From Octopus vulgaris (taxonomy: Eukaryota): DNA of 64,000 nt. The translations under genes were made by a program, and so were the position numbers. Position 1 is the stretch's first letter; each line of letters begins with the position of its first letter. The notes under the pieces were generated by a model. It ran no database searches, was not told the DNA's origin, and worked only from the letters and a program-made list of their open reading frames with translations. Shown here piece by piece: positions 53,827 through 64,000 of this stretch. The stretch spans positions 57,102,001-57,166,000 of the forward strand of contig OX597823.1 in NCBI GenBank assembly GCA_951406725.2. The letters are read 5' to 3'.

Positions 53827-54371
53827 TATATCATTTAGATATATATAGATATATTATATATATATATATATATATACACACGGTAAAAGTACAAGCCATC
53901 TTTTATTTCTTATAACTCACATTGTTTGGTTTTAAAAGAAATAAAAACACACGCACATATACATAATACATACTCAAATACACGCATATGTATATATATA
54001 TACATACATACACACAAACACATATGTATACCTATATATAAATAAATAACCGTGAGAAACAATACACCTATGGTTTTAGTCGAGGTGTTTGGGAACTAAT
54101 CTGATTTTTGCATTTATACATTTACTTTTGTTATGTATAATTGGTTGAGGGAAATGATTAAGCACTAGTCTACTACATCAATGAAATCTATTAAAAGGCA
54201 GGGGCTTCTGATGACAATAATATCTCTGTCAAATCATACCCTAGTTGTTATGAATAAAAAGTAGGACACATTGGTAAACGTACTTCGGGATACATTACGC
54301 GTGACCCCAAAAAATGAAAATAATAATGATTGAGTAGTTGTAGCTAGAGCACGTTTATAGTACGATATCTA

Positions 54372-54556
54372 CGGGGGGGGGGGTGCTGAAAAGTTCCTGG
54401 GTTTAAGGGTGTCGCGAAAGACCTGGTTGGAGGTTCAGCCATCCGAGTTATTTTAGAGGGTTTCGAAAATCTGAAGGATCGTTGCATTATGTCTGTGAAT
54501 CTGTGAGGGGAATATATTCAATAAAATCATAATTAACTGATCCTCCGTGTAACCAA

Positions 54557-54557
<1 letters not shown>
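54372..54557 (+). mobile_element. Mariner-derived MITE fragment
   Basis: TA|CGGGG...GTGCTGAAAAGTTCC terminus; transposase C-terminal relic LKDRCIMSVNL*GEYIQ. Confidence 0.7.
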
Positions 54558-54603
<46 letters not shown>

Positions 54604-54629
54604 TAATAATAATAATATAATGTAACCAA

Positions 54630-54664
<35 letters not shown>

Positions 54665-54833
54665 TAATAATAATAATATTAATAATAATGATGATGATGA
54701 CTACGACGACGATGACGACGACGACGATGACGACGATGATGACGATGATGATGATGATGATGATGATGGTGATGGTGATGGTGATGGTGATGATGATGAT
54801 GATGATGATGATGGTGATAATAATAATAATAAT

Positions 54834-55437
54834 ACATCAAATACAGAATTGACAACACATCAGAAAGTGGTAAGTGCAGAATTTGTGGACAAAATGGTAC
54901 GCCACTAGCCTAGAAAGAATATAAGAGACGTCATGGCAATATTGCAAGGAAATGGTACGAACATAAACCCGAAGGCGTCATTGAAAATTATAATGCAAAG
55001 ATCTTATGGGATTTTATGATTCAGTGCAACCATGAGAAAGGGAATAGGAAACCAGACATAGTGTTAATTTAGAAAGAACGCAAACGATGCTGATCATAGA
55101 TATAGCATGCCAAGCTGACAACAAGGTATGCGATAAACAGGAAAGAAAAGTCGATAGATATGGCAGGTTAGCTTGGGAGGTTAAGCAGTTGTGATCGATG
55201 GAAAAGGTGATAATAGTACCAATAATTTTCGGAAACCTGGGAACAGTGAGTAAAAATCTTGAGAAGTACATGGAACAAATAGGGGCTGCAATAAGGGTGG
55301 AGCACTTGTAGAAAACGGCACTGCTTGGAATCGCTGGAATAGTCCGGATGGTGCTCGAAAATAAGTGGTGTTACCTGAGTTTACTGAAAGTGAACAGCTG
55401 GTAAGGTAGTACATCACTAGCGTTTGAAGCTGTGCAA
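54834..55437 (+). mobile_element. 5'-truncated R4/Dong-type retrotransposon (RLE domain and 3' UTR) between (AAT)n runs
   Basis: KCRICG, EYKRRHGNIA, WYEHKPEGV, KILWDF, RKPDIVL, IDIAC, VPIIFGNLG, KTALLG; (AAT)n on both flanks. Confidence 0.88.
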
Positions 55438-55441
55438 AATA

Positions 55442-55507
<66 letters not shown>

Positions 55508-55640
55508 CCTTTTCTACTGGAGGCACAGGGCCTCAGATTTTTGGGGTGGGGACTAGTCAATTATATCGGCATCAGTGTTTCACTGGTACTTAATTCATCG
55601 ACCTCGAAAGGATGAAAGGCAAAGACGACATCAGCATTGA
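55508..55640 (-). mobile_element. SINE family A 3' half
   Basis: CTGGTACTTAATTCATCGACCTCGAAAGGATGAAAGGCAAAG. Confidence 0.8.
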
Positions 55641-55718
55641 ATATTTTGGGTATCTTTCGCTTGTGCTTGAGATCATGATGCTCCAATATTCTTGAGCTGG
55701 CAAGACGTCTGTCTAGAT

Positions 55719-55937
55719 CAGTGCTTTTCAAACTTTTTGCTGGAGTGGAACCCCAAGAAAACATTCCACTGGCTCGAGGAGCCCCTGTGCAATAATTTAG
55801 TAGTCTTATGCACACATATCTGCACAGGAGAATTAAAAATTACTGCCGATTTTAGCAGTTTTGTAACTTCTTGCGGAACCCCTGGACTGTACTGGTGGAA
55901 CCCTAAGGTTCCGCGGAACCCTGGTTGAAAACCACTG
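55719..55937. mobile_element. hAT-type MITE with perfect 8-bp TSD
   Basis: GTCTAGAT|CAGTGCTTTTCAA...TTGAAAACCACTG|GTCTAGAT; repeated GGAACCC subterminal motifs. Confidence 0.92.
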
Positions 55938-56019
55938 GTCTAGATCGTATGAGCAGGGTGCAGAGGGTTTGTGAAGTGATGTGCAAGCCGTTTTTAGACT
56001 TACAATTGCATGTTATTCA

Positions 56020-56117
56020 ATCGCCGGTGAGGCGACTAGCCGTTGCTTGGTCGAGTAGGTTGGCGTCACGGCGAGCATGGAACCGCGGACGCGAACGCGG
56101 GTGACGCCGACTGCTAG
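56020..56117 (+). mobile_element. GC-rich Helitron/Helentron-like 3' terminus
   Basis: CCGCG-loop-CGCGG hairpin upstream of ACTGCTAG|T; GTTGGCGTCAC / GTGACGCCGAC inverted pair. Confidence 0.5.
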
Positions 56118-56324
56118 TGCATCTTGTCTTTAACTAAAGGCTCGCTACAGTTCTGGTCGATTTCATATAATATTCAAACATTCGAGTTTACCGTATTACA
56201 TCACATTGATTCGACTTGATAATAAACTTTAAGTGTGCTTTCAAAATACTCACACGATTAGACGTAAATTTACCAACTTATCTTTCTTTTTTATCTTATC
56301 TTATTCCAACGTATTTTATTTCAA

Positions 56325-56412
56325 ATAGGCTCAAAAACCAAATGCAAAACGTGCAACTTTGAGCAATGAGACAGTTGATGACATCATTTCTGGTGGCTGT
56401 CCAATCCCAATC
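56325..56412 (+). mobile_element. Short R4/Dong-type zinc-knuckle fragment
   Basis: GSKTKCKTCN.../NETVDDIISGGCPI matches 2670-2760 in reverse. Confidence 0.6.
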
Positions 56413-56416
56413 AAAA

Positions 56417-56495
<79 letters not shown>

Positions 56496-56646
56496 TATGT
56501 ATGTGTGTGTGTGTGCGTGTGTGTAAACATACACACACATACGCACGCACAAAGCCACGCACACACATACACATGCACGTACACACACACATACACACAG
56601 ATGCACGCGCACACACACATACACTTGCATATTTATATTTATATAT

Positions 56647-56708
56647 GATTGATTGATTGATTCTAGTTTCAGCTTATGAGCTGTGGCCATGCTGGGGCAC
56701 CGCCATTT
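56647..56708 (-). mobile_element. Isolated extreme 3' end of the CR1-group LINE with an (AATC)n tail
   Basis: Minus strand AAATGGCGGTGCCCCAGCATGGCCACAGCTCATAAGCTGAAACTAG, nearly identical to 5713-5758. Confidence 0.85.
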
Positions 56709-57142
56709 TAATCAAAAGCAAACCATATATACATGTATACATATATACATATATATAATTTATAGATATATATGTATGGATATTTTCTTGTAATTATCAT
56801 AACAATTTCGGTTCGGCAGCATTATGTAGCTGGCGAGTGCCCGAGACAGGCCCCAGGAATTGGACTATTCTCTTGTAGGTTCAATGATTCAATTTAAAAC
56901 GATTACACACACATTCACACACATGCACGCACATACACACACACAGACACGCACATTTACGCCCCCACACATATATATCTATATATATGTATAATATAAA
57001 TATATATACATACACACATATATGCGAATTAGAATATATATGAATATGAATATATTGGCACGAAGAGACATATACATATACATATATACGTGCACTGACA
57101 ATGGAAATGGCCCAAGAGATATAGAGCCTACATATCATTTAT

Positions 57143-57238
57143 ACCTACCTACCTACCTACCTACTTACCTACCTACTTATCCCCCTTTTAATCTATCTAT
57201 CTTTTTATCTAACTATCTGTCTTTCTACTGTTCCGTCC

Positions 57239-57280
<42 letters not shown>

Positions 57281-57323
57281 TTTTCTATCTATCTATCTAT
57301 CTATTTGTCTGTCTGCTTGTCTG

Positions 57324-57406
<83 letters not shown>

Positions 57407-57427
57407 GTCTGCCTGTCTGTCTGTCTC

Positions 57428-57490
<63 letters not shown>
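57143..57490. repeat. (ACCT)n/(ATCT)n microsatellites
   Basis: Simple repeats seen directly. Confidence 0.93.
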
Positions 57491-58029
57491 CCTTTTCTTT
57501 GCACGTTGTTTTTACGACCGTTCCTTGCCTGCATTTCCTCCGCTGAATCTATAAGTAGCGACAAGCTTTTTAGCGGCCGGAGACCAACTAATTACCTCTT
57601 CGTAGTGATATTGTAGCGAGCTATGTAGGGACATAGCGAAAAATCAAAACTGAAATGTTAGCGCTTCTGGCATGTCCGGACAAGAAGATTACAAGTACCT
57701 CTTTCCGTTCTTCGCTCGGTTCTTTACACTTTGATCTTTAAAAGCTATGTAGTGATAGATATCGATGCGGAGCTTGCGTACTGTTTTTCCAAGTGATGCC
57801 AAAAACGTTGAAGGTTTTCATCTGTTTGATGTAAACACGTGTTCGAAATCGAGATTTATTATTGGTCACTGAGGATTTCAAAGGAATTCGCCTTCTTCGG
57901 CTATAGGCAAACTGTCTATGACGTTGATTAGTCCAACATCTGTTAGGCAGTGGAAAGAGAAAAAGAACTTCGACATGGTTAAATTTGTGTTAGTTACACT
58001 CGATATTTCACACACACACACATACACAC

Positions 58030-58096
<67 letters not shown>

Positions 58097-58432
58097 CATT
58101 CTCTCTCTGAAGGCGTGCCCATATATATACACAAACACATACATACATACACACACATCCACCCACACACGAAACACATATATGTATATATACATTTATA
58201 TATACATATTTATATGAAGGTATATACAAACATATATATATATACATATATATGTATGTTTATACACATGATATATGTGTGTTTGTGTGTGTGTCTATAT
58301 CTAAATCGCTATAAATCAATCAATCAATCTATCTATCTATCTTATCTACCTATCTCTCTATCTCCCCCACTCGTTTTCTCTCTATCTCCTCTCTCTCCAT
58401 ATATGTATATATATATATATATATATATAATT

Positions 58433-58665
58433 CTTTTAATTGTTTCGGTCATTTGACTACGGCCATGCTGGAGCACCGCCATAAAGGGTGTTAGTTGAAC
58501 AAATAGGACCCAGGACTTATTCTTTGCAAGCCTGCACTTATTCCATCGGTGTCTTTTGACGAACCGTTCAGTTACGGGAATATAAACATACCGTCATCGG
58601 CTGTCAAGCGATGACTGGGGACAAACACAGACACACAGACACCACACACACATACACTCACACAA

Positions 58666-58696
<31 letters not shown>

Positions 58697-58880
58697 CATA
58701 CATATATATATATATATATGTATATATATAAAGGGCTTCTTCCAGTTTCCGTCTACCGAATCCACTCACAAGGCTTTTGTCGGCCCGAGGTTATAACAGA
58801 AGACACTTACCCAAGGTCCCACGCAGTGGAACCGAACCTAGAACCATGTGGTTGGCAAGCTTCATACCACACAGCCACAC
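58433..58880 (-). mobile_element. SINE family B, full length
   Basis: Tail, body, central microsatellite and head all present. Confidence 0.9.
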
Positions 58881-59341
58881 ATGTTACAAAAGACTGGACA
58901 TATTTGCGATGTTCTCTCCGGTTTTTGACATACTAGATAAGTATTTGCTTGCACCTCGAACCATAATTCTCTATTCCTCACAGCAAACAACTTTTGAATT
59001 TTCATTTACGCCCCTGTCACAGCACAATGTAAACATACCTGACAGAGTAAGTGAGAGAGAAAGAGAGAGAGAACTAGGTTTTATTAGTAAATGCTGAAAG
59101 GGGAATTTGGCTAAACAGTGATTTTCAGAAAGAGAAATCGCCCGGCTAATTCGCACGTTACAAGTACAATCTGTGAGTGGAACAGTAAAAATACGCAAAA
59201 CTTTTCTCAAGTTCCAAATGTGAATTTGTCTGAGCAAATTACACCCCAAAGATGGAACCTTGTATCTTTGTTGGAAACCAGCGTCCCCTCCTCAGTGGAA
59301 GATTTACAATAATTAAAAATTAGAAGAAACATACATACATA

Positions 59342-60222
59342 CAGGTGCAGGTGTGACAGTGTGGTAAATAGCTTGCTTCTCAATTACATGGTTTCGGGTT
59401 TAGTTCAACTACGTGGCACTTTGAGCAAGTGTCGTCTACCGTAGCCTCAGGCCGACCAAAGCTTTGTGAGTGGATATGATAGACAGAAACTAAAACAAGC
59501 CTGTCAAATATATATATATATGTGCGTGTGTATGTGCGTGTGCGTGTGTGAGTGTGTGCGTGTGTGTGTGTGTGTGTGTATGTGTGTGTGTGTGTATATA
59601 TGTTTGGGCTTGTGTTTGTCCTCCCATCACCACTTGATAACCGGTGTTCGTGCGTTTACGTCGCGGTAATACTAGAAGTTCAACAAAAGAATCTGAGGTT
59701 ATCAAAAATAAGTCCTTGTTCGACTAAAGCCCTTTAAGGCGGTGCTCCAACATGGCCGCAATCAAATGAATGAAAAAGTATGAAGAATAAAAGAACGCAT
59801 CATACATTCATGCACATAGGAATGGCTGAGTGATAAGTAGCTTGCTTACCAACCACATGATTCCGAGTTTAGTCTCACTGCGTGGCACATTGAGCAAGTG
59901 TCTTCTACTAACAGTCTCGAGCCGACCAAAGCCTTTTAAGTGGATTTGGTTGACGGAAACTGAAAGAAGCCTGTCATATATGCGTGTGTGTGTGTGTGTA
60001 TGTGTGCGCGTATGTTTGTGTGTATGTGTTTGTCCCACCAACATCGCCTGACAACCGATGCTGGTGTGTTTAAGTTCCCGTAACCTAGTGGTTCGCCAAA
60101 AGATACCGATAAAATAATTACTAGGTTTACAAAGAATAAGTCCTGGGGTCGATTTGCTCGACTGAAGGTGGTGCTCCAGCATGGCCGCAGTCAAATAACT
60201 AAACACACGTAAGAATTAAAAA
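59342..60222 (+). mobile_element. Two tandem SINE family B copies
   Basis: Heads near 59344 and 59812; tails GGYGGTGCTCCARCATGGCCGCA near 59737 and 60167. Confidence 0.9.
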
Positions 60223-60319
60223 GAATACATATATACTCGAAGAGTTACTTCAGTTTTCCTGAGCGTCACTCTAATAAACATTGTTTTTTTCTTATACTTC
60301 ACCTTCGATGTTCTTTATT

Positions 60320-60783
60320 ACTATTGACTGTGGTTATGCTGGAGCACCGGCGTTTTAGTTGAAGAAATCATCCCCCGGACGTATTCTTCGTAAGCTTGGT
60401 ACTTATTCTATCGGTTCTCTATTGCCGACCCACTAAGTTACGAGAACGTACACACACAAACGTCGGTTGTCAAATGTCGGCGAGCTGGCGGAAACGTTAG
60501 CACGCCGGGCGAAATGCGTGGCCGCATTTCGTCAGTCGTTACGTTCTGAGTTCAAATTCCGCCGAGGTCGACTTTGCCTTTCATCCTTTCTGGGTCGATA
60601 AATTAAGTACCGGTTACGCACTGGGGTCGATGTAATCGACTTAATCCGTTTGTCTGTCCTTGTTTGTCCCCTCTGTGTTTAGCCCCCTGTGGGTAGTAAA
60701 GAAATAGGTTGTCAAGCAATGGTGACGGGACAGACGCAGACACAAACACACACACACAAATATATATATAAATAAAAACATAA

Positions 60784-60859
<76 letters not shown>

Positions 60860-61183
60860 CCTGTTGTTATATCCTGTTATTTGCATTTGTATTTGTGTAA
60901 CATTTCTCCGGTTTTTCCGTCCTTGTTTTCGTATACATTCGCTGCCTTTATTGCAAGGAATCTAATGCTCTTAGATTAGTTTTTCCTTGGGGCTGGTCAG
61001 ATTGGAGCAATCTCGAGTATAATCAGCCGAAATGGCAAAGATGATCTGTAACTCGACTGAGGAAAAAAAATCCGAATGACACCTGTCCTTGTTTTCATCG
61101 TCTGTGTGGATGTTTTGCCTTCTTGTCCCTTTTTGTTATTTTTTATATATAAAATTATATCGGCGTACGTACAGTTTGGTCTC

Positions 61184-61217
<34 letters not shown>

Positions 61218-61370
61218 GCTTCTTTAATTCTCCGTCTACCAAATTCATTCACAAGGCTTTGGATGACTCGAGGTTACAGTAGAAATTACTTGGCCAAGGT
61301 GCCACGCAGTGGGACTGAAATCCGAACCATGTGGTTGGGAAGCAAGTTTCTTACCACACAGTCACGCCTA
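60320..61370 (-). mobile_element. SINE family B carrying a nested SINE-A and a (TA)n-flanked insert (about 60858-61185)
   Basis: Tail 60320-60470, body resumes at 60707, head 61215-61370. Confidence 0.82.
60474..60706 (+). mobile_element. SINE family A monomer ending in the Tx1-like tail, 9-bp TSD
   Basis: TSD GGTTGTCAA at 60465-60473 and 60707-60715. Confidence 0.93.
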
Positions 61371-61752
61371 TACATGCATGCACCCCCCCACGCACACACA
61401 TACACAGAGGTGACTGTGTTTGCGTGGGATCTGTAGTATCTGTGGAGAGTGAGACAGAGAGAGGAAGAGAAAGAAAGAGAGGGAATGTGAATAGAGCAAC
61501 TTAGACGTACACTGATACACAAACACACTCGTACACACATAGGCAATTTACTTCTAAATATGATCAGTGATAACGATACATACTCATTGCTCTCAGTCTA
61601 CACAAATACATACATACACACATGTGTATATGTATATATACATATATATACATATATATAAATATATATATGTATATATAAATATATGTATATATAAATA
61701 TATATATGTATATATACATATATATACATATATATAAATATATATATGTATG

Positions 61753-61807
<55 letters not shown>

Positions 61808-62339
61808 GTACATACATATATATATTTATATATATATATATTATTTATACTTCCCCTCACATATTCACAATGAATTGATAATCATCTCTAAAACGTCATT
61901 ATAGTCATACGTGAATATACACACACATACACTCTTATACACGCATAGTCGCTCTTACAAACACAGCACTTCGAAGCCCAAAAGATATGATAGCAACGAC
62001 ACACTGGGACACGCTTTGAGAAATTGTATTCAAAATACAAAATACAAAGACAAAGAAACTGACAAAAAAATGGGTCAAAAAATGATCAGATAATAAGGTA
62101 GAAGTGCCAAACAGAAGTAAAATTAAATTAAGCATTTAGTGGAAATAAAATGATAAAGTAGTGAAGACTAACCATTTCAGTACTTATAAACTGCTTCTTT
62201 CTTTCTGTGAAGGATCTAAATTACCTTCTGTCTCTACACTCGAATCAGCCTCTATTTAAAGTTAAAATTGTACATGCTTTTTGTGTCTAAAGAAGTTAGT
62301 ATTAGTGTAATAGAGAAGCTAACAAATTTACACAATACC

Positions 62340-62573
62340 TATTTCTTTATTACCCACAAGGGGCTAAACACAGAGGGAACAAACAAGGACAGACATAGGT
62401 ATTAAGTCGATTACATCGACCCCAGTTCGTAACTGGTACTTAATTTATCGACCCCGAAAGAATGAAAGGCAAAGTCGACCTCGGCGGAATTTGAACTCAC
62501 AACGTAACGCAGACGAAATACCGCTAAGCATTTCGCCCGACGTGCTAACGTTTCTGTCAGCTCGCCGCCTTAT
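62340..62573 (-). mobile_element. SINE family A monomer ending in the Tx1-like tail, 13-bp TSD
   Basis: TSD TTTACACAATACC at 62327-62339 and 62574-62586. Confidence 0.94.
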
Positions 62574-62886
62574 TTTACACAATACCGAATCAGATATGTC
62601 CCCATGATCGTGTAGAATATATATGAGGCAAAGAATGAATACATTAATGAAGTAGAGGATTAAATCTTGTCTTAATAGTGTAGCGTTGGATTCAATTGAA
62701 TATTTACGTGGGATGTACATAAGCTACTGTTGTACTTATTGATGAGTTATTTAATAAAGGGTTGACGAAATGATATATTAAAATTTATGTTCAAGTACGG
62801 TATATGTCGACCAGTTATATACTTCGAAATAGTTAATATCAGTACTGATCCAAATTCATAGGATTGGTATGGTTACACACACACAC

Positions 62887-62927
<41 letters not shown>

Positions 62928-63514
62928 AATATATACGACTCTATAACACTGTCTCTCTCTCCTACATTTCTCTGCCATTCACACTTTGCACGCTACTTTG
63001 ATCTGTCTCTTTCTCTCTCTCTCTCTCTCTCTCTACCTCTCCTCCTCCTTTTCTCTTTTCTTGCCTCTAATTCTTTGGTCTACTCTTCCCCCACTCTCTC
63101 ACATTTCTCTGTCTTTCTCACTTTGCACCTCACTGATTCTGTCGCCAAGCCAATCCTTGGCACGCTCTCTTTCTTCTCCTCTCTTTAATTCCTTCTTTCT
63201 CTCTCTTCTCCCCCCTTTGGTGCCTTCGTCCCTCTTTTTCTCTCTCTCTTTGATTCCTTTGCCCCCTTTTTTTCTCTCTCTTCTCCTCTCACGTGACCGC
63301 TAGTCAGCCAGCCTTTCGGCTTCTGACCAGCGCCACGAGAACATCGTTGTCTTCGTCTGCCGAAAAAGGCATTTTAGCCTCGTCTGAAGTGACTGAAAAT
63401 TCCCTCTTAAGCACAGCACACGGGAGCGATCTTTGTATTTCTTCAAACGGAATGGCGTGTAGATAGATAAGTTATACGAACATATTTAAATAGATGCATA
63501 TATACATACATTTG

Positions 63515-63692
<178 letters not shown>

Positions 63693-64000
63693 AAACATGA
63701 ATATATAAATATGAAAATATATAACATATAGATATGTGTATTTGTGCATATTGAATATATATTTGAATATTTTGTATACTTTCACGTATTTCTATGCATA
63801 TCACACACATACACACACACACACAATACATACACACACACATGTATATATATGAGCTTATATATGCATTTATGTGCGTGCGTGTGAGTATCATATTCAT
63901 AAATATGTAGAAAAAGAGAGAGAGAGAGAGAGAGAAAGAAAGACAGAGAGAGACAGAGAGACAGAAAGAGAGTGAAAATTTGGCGTGGAGGGGAGAGGAT

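Noticed and set aside
55950-56130. HDV-like ribozyme
   Set aside because: No L3/P1.1 or J4/2 pattern in the required order on either strand.

Overview
AT-rich eukaryotic repeat landscape with no confidently identifiable host protein-coding exon. The SINE types and the very high microsatellite load point to an octopus (cephalopod) genome; this is an inference. Almost all ORF-track entries are microsatellite artefacts. Real content: (1) a near full-length, decayed Tx1-clade LINE (19385-25563) inside an (ATCT)n array; (2) a DD36E Tc1 element split by an RTE insertion with a 5' inversion; (3) several mariner relics, one apparently turning into a MITE; (4) R4/Dong-type, CR1-group and Penelope-like retroelement fragments, the last carrying minimal hammerhead ribozyme motifs and sitting in (TA)n tracts; (5) non-autonomous Helitrons and hAT MITEs; (6) many copies of two tRNA-type SINE families, called A and B here. 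The most interesting signals are two LINE-SINE partnerships visible in the sequence. SINE-A carries a Tx1-like 3' tail and repeatedly joins its target at GGT. SINE-B shares a covarying 3' stem-loop with CR1-group LINEs. All alignments and translations were done by eye.
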